A stretch of 64,000 bases of DNA from Octopus vulgaris (Eukaryota). The stretch is taken from assembly GCA_951406725.2 (NCBI GenBank), contig OX597829.1:13268001-13332000 (forward strand), written 5' to 3'. Of the stretch, positions 1-12,100 are shown piece by piece (position 1 is the first letter of the stretch; each line of letters begins with the position of its first letter). The translations under genes and the position numbers were made by a program. The notes under the pieces are model-generated. The model saw only the letters and a list, made by a program, of their open reading frames with translations. It did not search any database and was not told where the DNA came from.

Positions 1-3
1 TAT

Positions 4-70
<67 letters not shown>

Positions 71-82
71 TGTAGTAGTAGT

Positions 83-159
<77 letters not shown>

Positions 160-168
160 TATCATCAT
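1..168. repeat. Compound trinucleotide microsatellite (TAG)n-(CAT)n
   Basis: Directly visible; abuts the 3' tail of a minus-strand R4-like fragment. Confidence 0.97.
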
Positions 169-538
169 TGCCTTTGCACAGCTTCTAACGCTAGAGATGA
201 ACTTCGGCGTCAACTGTTCACTACCAATGTACTAAGGTAACACACCTTATTTTTCGAGCACCTTCCGGAGTATTCGAGCGGTTCCAAGCAGTGCTGTTTT
301 CCGCAAATGCTCCACCCTTATTGCAGCCCCAATCTTTTCTATATACTTTTCAAGATTTTTACTCACTACTGCTACCTTTTTCATCGATCACCACTGCTTA
401 ACTTCCCAGACTAGCTTGTCATATCTCTCGACTTTTCTTTCTTCCTAATCACATTGTTGTCAGATGATATATCTATGGTCCAACATAGTTTGCTTTCTTT
501 CTCAAGACTATGTCCGGCTTCCTATTCTCTATCTCATC
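166..538 (-). mobile_element. 3' fragment of R4/Dong-like RLE retrotransposon (family C): endonuclease C-terminus and 3' UTR
   Basis: Reverse complement reads ENRKPDIV...EERKVERYDKLVWEVKQ...KTALLGTARILRKVLEK*. 3' UTR closely matches 55400-55490. Confidence 0.85.
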
Positions 539-1098
539 TTGTCTTGCCTTGAGACAGCTTTCACCCGGGGTTGGTTGAAGTGGCTTCATTCATCCTCAAT
601 GCTGCATCTTTCACAAACGCCGACCAGGCCTGGCGATTTGAGGCTAACGACCGCATGATCTCCGACCACTCCTTATTCCAGCGGCGAATGCCGTAGATAT
701 GGAGGCCTAGATTGGGTTCCAGATCAGCCTTGACTGTCGTCAGCCAGGTTTTTCGTTGTCTACCACATCGTTTTCACCAACCCTGAAGGGGAGCTGGAGC
801 AATTGCTTCGTAGATGAATTCTCCTGGTTGACGACGGAGGGCATGACCCAGCCAACGCAGACGTCTCGTTAGGATGACTTGTCGGAGGGAGGTGATTCTG
901 CACTGGTGTCGCACCGAATTGTTGGAGACAAAGTGATGCCATTGGACACGAAGGATGCGGCGTAGACAGAGGTAATCGAAGGATTCTAGTCGCTTAATAT
1001 CTTCCATCCTCATGGGCCATGACTCGCTGCCGTAAAGGAGAATCGTTCGCACTAGTGCTTGGTAGATCCGTACTTTGATGGTGCGTCGGATAGTCGGT
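539..1098 (-). mobile_element. 3' fragment of RTE-clade LINE (RT thumb/C-terminus, short CAAGA-type tail)
   Basis: ORF 774-1190 contains KVRIYQALVRTILLYGSESW...LRRILRVQW...RRLRWLGHALR, followed by GRQRKTW, typical of the RTE C-terminal domain. Confidence 0.85.
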
Positions 1099-1113
1099 AT
1101 ATATATGTGTGTC

Positions 1114-1155
<42 letters not shown>

Positions 1156-1204
1156 TTTGGTTTTTTTATTTTTTTCTCTCTTCCTACCATTAATTAAAAA
1201 TATA

Positions 1205-1946
1205 ACAAGCTGAATTGCTTTTCAAGGCAGTGCTGGTACTAGTAATCAGGTTTGACCTCTCCTGACCTAAATACGAACATCTCACTGACCCGTCGGATGA
1301 ACGATGTCACTGACCCGAAATGCAGATTGTGTCATGAGCAGGATAAAACAGTGAACCACAACTTAACTGGATGCACAGAGCTTGCAAACACCGAATATAT
1401 TTACAGACACGATAGAGTAGCGCAATATATCCATTGGAAGTTATGTAAACACTACCAGCTTCCAACGTCAGAAAGATGGTACCAGCATAAACCTGAAACT
1501 ATGACCGGAAAAGATGATGTAACAGTACTCTGGGGCATGCCAATCGACACCGATAAAGAAATCAAGGGAAACTGCCGGACATAATCATCAAAGATTGGAA
1601 GAATAAGGATGTGACAGTACCATCAGAGAGAAATGTGTCCATTGACGAAGTTGAGAAGTTATTTAAGTACAAAGACCTAGAAATAGAAGTGACCAAGATA
1701 TGGGGAATGAAAAGCAGCACAGCACCAGTGGTGATTGGAGCGTTAGGGCTAATTAAAAAGGGCCTTGGTAAGTAGCTCAACAAACTCCCTTGCAGTGTTA
1801 ACGTGGGAGAACTTCAGAAAATAGCGTTGCTAGGTTCTGCACACATTTTACGCCGTGTAATCTCCATGAGATGAGGACCTACTGTGACCCTAGGGTCAAA
1901 AGATGACCCCGGTTCAGCAGAAGACAACGGAACATATTTTATTTTA

Positions 1947-1950
<4 letters not shown>
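1205..1950 (+). mobile_element. 3' fragment of R4/Dong-like retrotransposon (CCHC knuckle, RLE, 3' UTR hairpin)
   Basis: DPKCRLCHEQDKTVNHNLTGC...YIYRHDRVAQYIHW; downstream [30 protein letters not shown]; followed by an (AAC)/(AAT) tract. Confidence 0.88.
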
Positions 1951-2118
<168 letters not shown>

Positions 2119-2400
2119 CTGAGTTAGCAAAGCTAGACAGAACTAGGAAGGAATTCAATGTGAATGGAGGACTCCGCCCACCAAGAAAGGGTATGGTGGA
2201 AGAGGGTTAATATCAGTAGAAGACTGTGTGGAGTTAGCTAGAGTAGATATAGACATCTATGAAATTAATAGTGAAGAAGATTTATTAAGAGCTGCTGGAG
2301 TTCCATCAGGACATAAGGAAACCAAAAAACCAAACGAAGTTAAAAGCCAGAAGAAAGAACAGAAATTATCTGACTGGCAGGAGAAGGTGTTGCATGTTAG
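2119..2400 (+). mobile_element. Internal fragment of a divergent R4-like ORF (post-RT region)
   Basis: ELAKLDR..., GGRGLISVEDCVELAR..., WQEKVLH motifs, homologous to the GGRG/WxxKPLHG region of the full-length copies. Confidence 0.7.
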
Positions 2401-2419
2401 ATTCCCATGGGTGCTGTAA

Positions 2420-5380
2420 CTAGTCCTTCGATATTGTCCTGCATGTTTTGCACCCTTGTGGACAATAAAGAAGTTGTTGTTGTTGTTATCCCAGAGGATA
2501 GTGACATTTTGACCAGCAAACAGGAATGTTGATTTTGTAGTGTTTACATATTTTCCAATGTATATACTGTCCCACTCTTATCGTGACAACTTTTGTATTC
2601 GTTTGGTATCAGCACAGGACTTCTCGAGACGAGATGGTCTATTGTTTCATCAAATGCGTCGCAGAATCTGCATTTAGCGTCAGAACCGTTTTGAAGAACG
2701 TTAGCCTTTTAGTGTTTGGTGAGCAAGCTTTATTCTTGTGCCGAGAATCTGAAACCTTCAGTTTCTGTGTTCAGTCCTGAGCTTCTCAGCCACTGATGTG
2801 TTGTTGCATGGTCGACATCAGCATTTAGGCTTCGAAAAATAAACTGTCCATGCGGAGACTTTTGGCTCCACCGCTCTTGAATTTGTTTCTATCCGTTCTT
2901 CTTTGCGGTCTGTTTGTTCCGTTTTGCTTTTTCGCGGTAGTTGTTTCAGGTTCTTCATCTAATTCAGGGTTAATGCCGAGTTCCCTTGTGAATTTGCAAG
3001 CTTCTCTGACAATAGAATGTGTTTTTTTTTTTGCTGCTTCCGTGTTTGCACACAAGCCGCAGCATCCAGTCCTAGTACTAGATACATACCTGTTCATTGG
3101 TATTGTGGAGATCTTATAGCACAGTTCTAGCTGCATCATTCCTCTTCCCCCATTACTTCTAGGTAGGTACAGACGATCGACGTCTGCTTTTGGGTGATGC
3201 ATGTTCTTAGATGTTAGTAGTTTTCTTGTCTTCTTTTCCAGGCGTTGGAGTTCCATTAAATGATGTTAAAATTGTATTGGACTATTAGAAGTGCCAGGGT
3301 GTTAATGGCTTCTATGCGATTTTTAGTGTTGAGTTCAGATTTTAGTATGTCGTATTCTTCTGTAATACTCCTTTCGTATTTTTCATTCATAGAAGGATGT
3401 TGTATACCATCTCCTTCGTTTATTCTCAGTTATTTATAGCTTTCTTGTGAGCCAAGCTCTTTGATAGTAGTGTCGGCATCTAACTTAATGGAAGCCTGTT
3501 TGCTTGAGCTTGTCTCTTAAAAAATTTGCTTTAGCACGCTTATCAAATCCAAAATCCATTCTGATGGTATTGCTGAACTCTTTACTGGCTTTTCGTCATT
3601 GCTAGCAAAGAGCTTCGTTTGAGAGTGGAATCAGTACCATGCAAAAGAGTATTAGGGAGAGGGATTCATCTTAAAAGCTGCTTCGTTTGATGTTGATGTT
3701 GTTGGAAGGCGACGTGTATTCCACTTGTAAGAATTTGGAGACGACAGGAAAGGTCTTGTATATCTCAAGGGCCTTGAGTAGCCGATTATGTGGGACACTA
3801 TCAAACGCTTTCCCATAATCTATTCATACCATACTAAGGTTATTCTTTTTGCTCCGGCAATTCTCTGCAATCATTTTATTTAATAGTAATTATTTTTGCA
3901 TCCATAAGAATTCCTTTTACAACCTTTTTGAGCTTGTAGAACGATAGAGTTCTGTTCAAGGAATGTATCTATTCTTTCATTTAGTATCGATGCGAAGATG
4001 TTTTACGTGGTCGGTAGTTCTTTGGATTTTTCGCATCTTCAGTTTTTGGTAGAAGGTATGCTGTTCTTTCGGTCAGCCAGGCAGGTATTTGCTCTGGGTT
4101 CTGGATGACAGGGATGCAGCAAAATATTGGTGTACTTCCGTCAAAAAATTCAGCCAGAAGTTAGGGATCCGGCCCAGCCCTAGGGTTTTCCATTTGTGAG
4201 ACTTTTTAAGAACACGCTTTAGCTCTTCTACAATTGCCTACCATTTCTGCTTTTCAACTTCATCCAGCCTCGTTTTCTCACGTCCTATCCAGTGAGCTTC
4301 AGCATTATATTCTTTTTTTTTTTTGTTGCTCCATCCAGAGCTCTTTCATTTCCTCAGTCTTAGGTGCCTCCTTTACTTTTATCTTGCCTTTGACAATTTC
4401 CCTATAAATTTTGTTGCATTCGTCTTGAATACCTTTCGATAAAATTTGATTCTTTTGTCATACCTTCTAAGCCATTGGGCTTTTAATTGTATTCGTTATT
4501 TCATTAGTTCCTTGGTTGCGGGGAGGTTTATAAAATCCTTTATTTCATATTTTTACGTGATTTTTCTAGCTTGTTTCGTTTAACATTTACTCTTCTAGCA
4601 AGTTCATCGAGAACTGGTACATCCGCACGCAGAGATTCGATCCCTTTTGTATTGCTATTTTCCACCTAGGAGATCTATTGATATGGTCCCTTTCTGTGTT
4701 GTACTGAAACCTACTTGAGCAGTTAAATTTCTAGCAGTGGAATAGATGAGGTTATTTACGATTGTTAGTTAATTTCCCTTATTTCCTAAGATCTGTCTTA
4801 GAGCAACATTATACACCATGGTATTGGTGTTAATTTTATGCTGTTTTAGAGCTTTGGTAGCAGTTCTCTATTGATCCTGTCAGTAAATTCAGTCTTGTTG
4901 GGTTCTCTCATATCTTCTTTTGCTTCTATGATCTCTTTATTATTCACCTCAAATTCTGTTTCAAATATATTCTGGTGTTCATGAGGTAGGTCTACTTTCT
5001 TCTCTTTTTTCACATATCTTTTCTTCGCTATTCTGTCGTTCGGATGTACTGGTTGTACACTGGGTTCTGTGCATCAATTATCTATTTTATCTGCATTGTT
5101 GCAATTTTCATTTGGTCTGCCATTTGGTTACTTTCAGCGTCAGTTGATCTTTTATTCTTAATAATGTGTCTACGTACATTACTTAATTTGTTTGCGTCTA
5201 TATATCTGCATACTTCGTTGCCTATAAAGTTTCTCCATGAAGTGTATGTTTGTACAATGAGGTCATTGTTTGGGTTTAGGTGAAATGTATAGAAAGCTTT
5301 CAACATATCTTTATAATCCTTTCTAGTTCATTTTATGCGTTTTATTTAGGGGGCGTTTTTGATGATGTCACTACAGCTCT
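2420..5380 (-). mobile_element. Old degenerate copy of R4/Dong-like family A (many stops and deletions)
   Basis: ORFs 5082-5306 and 2825-3256 align by eye to 9697-12729 (LKAFYT..LNPNN..VQTY.SWRN; ELQRL..KTRKLLTSK.MHHPKADVDRLYLPRS.GGRGMMQLELCYK). Confidence 0.9.
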
Positions 5381-5384
5381 AGGG

Positions 5385-7030
5385 TAAGGGTAATCGTGGT
5401 TCAGTAGGATAGTCTGTTTCAAATATAGTCGTGCAGGTCTGTCCACGAAAAACTTCACCTTCTTCGATACATCATAGAAAGGGCTGGGGCTAAAGCTGGC
5501 TTCGGGCGTACTCTGATCAATTCGGATCAATCCAAAGCATTCGAGAGCAACGGCCATCGCTACTTGGAAGCCAATCTGAAAGCAGATGGTTTCGGACCCG
5601 TTTTTAGAGACTGGATTGCTGCAATGCACAGCGGTACCTTTTCAGTGGCCAAAGTAAACGGCCACCTATCGGGGCTGTTTGGCATCACATGCTCGGGCCG
5701 TCAGGGCTGCACACTGTCGCTTCTTCTCTACGTATTGGTTCTCGAGTCACTACTGCGAAACTTGGAACAGCTAAAGGGCATCCTTTTCGAACTGGGACGA
5801 TGAAGGACAGTGTCGGCATACGCGGATGACGCCACCGTTATGGTGTCGGACGCCTCCGAAGTGGAGACAGTCGGCACCATCCTAAAAGAATATGAGTCGG
5901 TTGCAGGGGCTAAAATTAACGCCGACAAATCGATGGATTTGTGGTTGGGCTCCTGGAGAGGCAGGACGATGCTATCGGAAGGCGTCGTTGGACGCTGGAC
6001 CAACGGATCAGTTGAATTGATCGGGATCTGGTTTGGTCCCGACCTCCGGGTTGATAAGAACTGGGACGAGGTGGCGAACAGGGTAGCTAGTCTTACTCAA
6101 AAATGGGCTGAGAGGAAGTTAAGAGGATTAGGTATGCCATGGCTGCTCATGCGAAGACACGCCGTTAGGTTATGTCCCTCCAAAGATTTCTGGACGGTGA
6201 TTGAGTGTGGACTACGTGTGACGAGAATGAACTGTCTAGTGTGGTCCGGAGAACTTTTCGTTCGGGAACTATCATGGATAATTTCCAGGTGCTTTTGGCC
6301 TGGCATTGCTACCGATGGGTACTACCGGTTCGAGATAACTCTGCAGGCATGGATGTGCTGTCAGACGGGCTTGTCCGAGATGCGTGCTGTATGACGAAAC
6401 CGTTCTGCACGTCCTCGTTCAGTGTCCGGGCATTGCTGTCACGTGTGGGACAGATCTGTCTGTCGGTCGTGTCTGTAGTGATGATCGCCCCGACGGCCTC
6501 CTTCAATCGGGCAGGCAGTTTTTCTTTCTCTAGTGGCTGTGGTAAAAGAAGTTATTTGGTGGATAAGGCTCTTTGGTAGAGCTCTCATTGACTTTTCAAG
6601 TTTCCATGTAAAGGAAACTGAGAGTTGAGAGGGAAGTATTGTCTTCGAGTGAGTTTATTGAAAAGTGGATGAAAGTTGCGAACATGGCAAGAGTGTATGT
6701 TACCTCTCTAAGTGTAGACCTGTGAGTCGAAGGGAAGGAATTGGAGAGGGCAGTTGCCCTTGGGGTTTCAGGGAAGTCTGCGACAGTGAGGTTCCTCGAT
6801 TATCCCTAGAGGCCTTCCTGTATCAGGAGGGCCACATCTCTATAAACTACCCCAACACTTTTTTAAAAACCTTTGTATGCTATGCATATGTCTCTTCTTT
6901 TTCTGTGTATACCATGTTTACTTTCTTTCGTTCTTTCACTTTTTTAATCATTTTATTAAATCCTCACACTATATGTCTGTCTTTCTATGGCCCCCTTACC
7001 CTTCGTGCTCGTGGCAAATAAGTGAAATCA
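5385..7030 (+). mobile_element. Degenerate Tx1/L1-clade LINE, RT and 3' end
   Basis: DQSKAF, GFG...WI, SGRQGCTLSLLLYVL, SAYADDATV, GAKINADKS, LIGIWFG motifs; T-rich 3' UTR ending AAATAAGTGAAATC next to the microsatellite. Confidence 0.8.
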
Positions 7031-7160
7031 TCGTTATTATTACTGTTATCATCATCATCATCATCATTATTATTATTACTATAATAATTATAACAAGAGT
7101 AATAATGAAAATAGTAGTAGTATTAGTAGTAGTAGTAATAATAATAATAATAATAATAAT

Positions 7161-7204
<44 letters not shown>

Positions 7205-7211
7205 TAATAAA

Positions 7212-7247
<36 letters not shown>

Positions 7248-7374
7248 CATAATAATAATCATAATAATCATAATAATAATAATAATAATCATAATAATGA
7301 TAATAATAGTAATAATAATAATAATAATAATAAAAATAAAAATAATAATAATAATCATATTAATCATAATAATC

Positions 7375-7405
<31 letters not shown>

Positions 7406-7475
7406 TCATAATAATCATAATAAACATAATAATAATGATAATAATAATAATAATAATAAAAATAATAATAATAAT

Positions 7476-7520
<45 letters not shown>

Positions 7521-7675
7521 AATACTAATAATAATAATCATAATAATAATAATAATAATAATAAAAATAATAATAATAATAATGAAAATAATAATAATCA
7601 TAATAATCATAATATTCATAATAATAATGATAATAATAATAATAATCACAATAATAATAATAATAATTATAATAA

Positions 7676-7742
<67 letters not shown>

Positions 7743-7834
7743 CATAATAATAATAATAAAAATAATAATAATAATAATGAAAATAATAATAATCATAATA
7801 ATCATAATAATCATAATAATAATAATAATCATAA

Positions 7835-7865
<31 letters not shown>

Positions 7866-7961
7866 AATCATAATAATCATAATAATAATAATAATCATAA
7901 TAATAATAAAAATAATGATAATAATAATAATAATCATAATAATCATAATAATAATAATAAT

Positions 7962-7995
<34 letters not shown>

Positions 7996-8076
7996 GTAAT
8001 AATAATAATAATATTAATAATAATAATAATAATGTTAATAATAATAATAATAATAACAATAATAATCATAATAATC

Positions 8077-8141
<65 letters not shown>

Positions 8142-8188
8142 CATAATAATAATAATAATAATAATAACAATAATAAAAATAATAATAA

Positions 8189-8219
<31 letters not shown>

Positions 8220-8260
8220 AATAATCATATTAATAATAATAATGATAATAATGATAATAC

Positions 8261-8301
<41 letters not shown>

Positions 8302-8370
8302 GCAATATAATAATAATAATAATAATCATAATAATCAATAATAATCATAATAATAATAATAATCATAATC

Positions 8371-8428
<58 letters not shown>

Positions 8429-8434
8429 GATTAC

Positions 8435-8522
<88 letters not shown>

Positions 8523-8551
8523 TTAATAATAATAATAATAATAATTATAAT

Positions 8552-8615
<64 letters not shown>

Positions 8616-8660
8616 TTAATAATAATAATAAGATTAATAATAATAATAATGATAATAATG

Positions 8661-8735
<75 letters not shown>

Positions 8736-8804
8736 GCAATCATAATAATAATAATAATAATCATAATAATCATAATAATCATAATAATAATAATAATCAT
8801 AATC

Positions 8805-8865
<61 letters not shown>

Positions 8866-8871
8866 GATTAC

Positions 8872-8965
<94 letters not shown>

Positions 8966-8994
8966 TTAATAATAATAATAATAATAATTATAAT

Positions 8995-9058
<64 letters not shown>

Positions 9059-9103
9059 TTAATAATAATAATAAGATTAATAATAATAATAATGATAATA
9101 ATG

Positions 9104-9178
<75 letters not shown>
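7030..9178. repeat. ~2.1-kb imperfect (AAT)n array with a ~437-bp higher-order duplication in its right part
   Basis: Directly visible. Variant pattern ATGATTACTATAAT...AGATTAAT...GATAATAATG occurs at 8427 and again at 8864. Confidence 0.95.
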
Positions 9179-12100
9179 GATGTTCCCTGGGAGCCTCTCT
9201 CCAAAAAACGAATTTAATCCAACAACATCGTTACAATGGAAGAAAGGTTCCACAAAATATCTTTTCCAAACTTTCTTTTAAGGCAAAGTAACTAAAAAGT
9301 CCGAACTATTATTGCCGTATATAGTATGGTTTTCTTTCTTTTATGCATAATATTTCCATGTGACATGCATAAGAAATAGAAGCGAACATCAGAGCTCTTG
9401 AAAGACAGTAAGTACATAAATTGATTAATTAATTAATTAATTAAATAAGTATACATGCAACTGTTTATGCATACACGTAGACATTTTAATTGTAAAGTAT
9501 ACATGCAACTGTTTGTGCATGCATGTACACATTTTAATTATAAAGCATAAATAATGCTTACACGCGCTCACACGTACACACAGAAAGAAAAACCACGTTA
9601 CGCGGACGAAAACAAAACAAAAACAAAGCGATTTTTCACGAACAAACGCAAAAAAGAGCAAATTGGTCACTGAATTTAGAAAGTCACTGAACAGTTATGC
9701 CCGGAAACATGACTACCAAAATAAATAGAGGCGAATTTCGATCTGTAAGTCTTATGCGAGTTCGATATGAACAATATATTAATTCGGAGAATTCAGAAGC
9801 GGTGTTTTGTCAAAAAATTGACCCTGTACAAACACTCCCTTCTTCTAACGACACCGTCACAGAGGCGGCGTCTTGTCAAAAAGTTGACTCTGAAAAAATG
9901 GACCCCTCTGATGTCGCCGTCAATCATTTAATGAAAACAAGCCAAAAATCATGCCGGATCGGTCATCGCCCGGGACAACAAGGACCGCGTTACCCAGTAG
10001 GGAACCAGACTGGGGTCGAAAAGTTTGCTGCTGGAACAAACTCTCAAAAAGACGATCTACCAGGTGACCAGAACCAGAATACTTCTAACTCTGGACTTGT
10101 AGTGACACCACCAAAAACACCACCTAAAGCAAAACGTATAAAATGGACCAGAGAGGACTATAGAGATGTGTTGAAAGCTTTTTATACAGCCCAACTAAAC
10201 CCAAACAATAACCTCAGTGTACAAACATACATCTCATGGAGAAATTCAGTAGGCAATGACGTACGTAGATATATAGACGCAACTAAATTAAGTAATGTAC
10301 GCAGAGATATAATTAAAAACAAAAGACTAACTGACGCTGAAATTGACAAAATTAGGATACTAATAGCTCATGGTAGACCAAAAGAAAACAGCAACAATGT
10401 AGACGAAATTGGTAACAGTAGCACAGAAGCCAGTGTACAAGCGGCAAATCAACTTCCCAATGGGGAAGTTAAACAAAGAATAGCGAAGACGAGAGATTTG
10501 AAAAAAGAGGAGAACGTAGACCTTCCTCAAGAAAACCAAAATAGATATGACATAGAATTTGAGGTGAATAATAGAGAAAAGATTATGGAAGCAAAAGTGG
10601 ACATTATGAGAGAACTCGGCAAGATTGAGCTCACTGACATGGTTAATAGAGAACCACTACCAAAGTTTTCAAATGGCACAAGAAATAACAACACAATCAT
10701 GACATATAACGTTGCCCTAGGACATATCTTAAGAAATAAGGGGAATGATTTGACAACCTTAAATAATCTCATTTATTCCACTGCTAAAGTAGTAACAACC
10801 CAACTAGGTATTAAGATGACAAAGAAAAAGGCCAGGCATGTCAATGAACCTCCTAAGTGGAAAGTAGCGATACAAAAAGAGATTGAATCTCTGCGGGCGG
10901 ATGTTTCAGTTCTCGATGAGCTTGCTAGAGGAGTGAATATTAAGCCGAGAAAAGCTAGAAAAATCAAGCAAAAATATAAAATCTAAGATCTCATAAACCT
11001 CCCTGCAACTAAGGAACTGTTGAAACAACGGATACAGTTGAAAGCTCAACGGCTTAGAAGGTATGACAAAAGAAACAAATTTTATCGACAAAATAAATTT
11101 GTTAAGACAGATGCAAAGAAATTTTATAAGGAAATTGGCAAAAATAAAATACACATAGAAGATCCACCTAAGATTGAGGAGGTGGAGGAGTTCTGGAAGA
11201 AGGTATGGAGCAACGAAAAAGAGTTTAATGCTGAGGCTGACTGGATAGAACGTGAGAAAGAGAGACTGGATGAACTTAAAGAACAGAAATGGGAAGCAAT
11301 AGGAATAGAGGAGCTAAGGTGTGTCCTTAGGAAGGCTCATAAATGGAAAACCCCAGGACTGGATTGGATCCCTAACTTCTGGCTGAATTGTTTGACAGAG
11401 GTACACGAACATCTCGCTGCATCTCTGTCTGATGTCATTCAGAACCCAGAGCAAATACCTGCTTGGCTGACTGAAGGAACCACCTACCTATTACCTAAAA
11501 CCGAAGACACAAAAAACCCAAAGAATTACCGGCCAATAACATGTCTCAACAGCACCTACAAAATCCTCACATCCATAATAACGGAGAGAATGTACGCTTT
11601 CCTTGAACAAAATTCTATCTTTCCACAAGCTCAAATAGGTTGTAAAAGAAACTCTTATGGGTGCAAAGACCAATTGCTCATAAACAGAATGATTGTAGAG
11701 AATTGCCGTAGCAAAAACAAAAACCTGAGTATGGCATGGATAGACTACAGGAAAGCGTATGACAGTGTCCCACATAAATGGATACTCAAGGCCCTTGAGA
11801 TATACAAGATCTCTCCTGTCGTCTCAAAATTCTTAGAGAATAGCATGACCATGTGGAACACACGTCTCTTTCTAAGCCATAGTAATGGGATGAGCCAGTC
11901 CAACAGCATCAACATCAAACGAGGCATCTTTCAAGGTGACTCCCTCTCTCCATTACATTTTTGCATGGCACTGATCCCACTCTTAAACGAATTGGATAGT
12001 ACCAGATATGGGTACAAAGTTTTTAGTAAGTCAATAAACCACCTTTTCTATATGGACGACCTAAAGCTGTTTGCCAGGAATGACCAAGAGCTAGAAGGGC

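Noticed and set aside
6877-9217. Long poly-Ile/Leu ORFs (477, 458 aa and others)
   Set aside because: Translations of (AAT)n; no coding signal.
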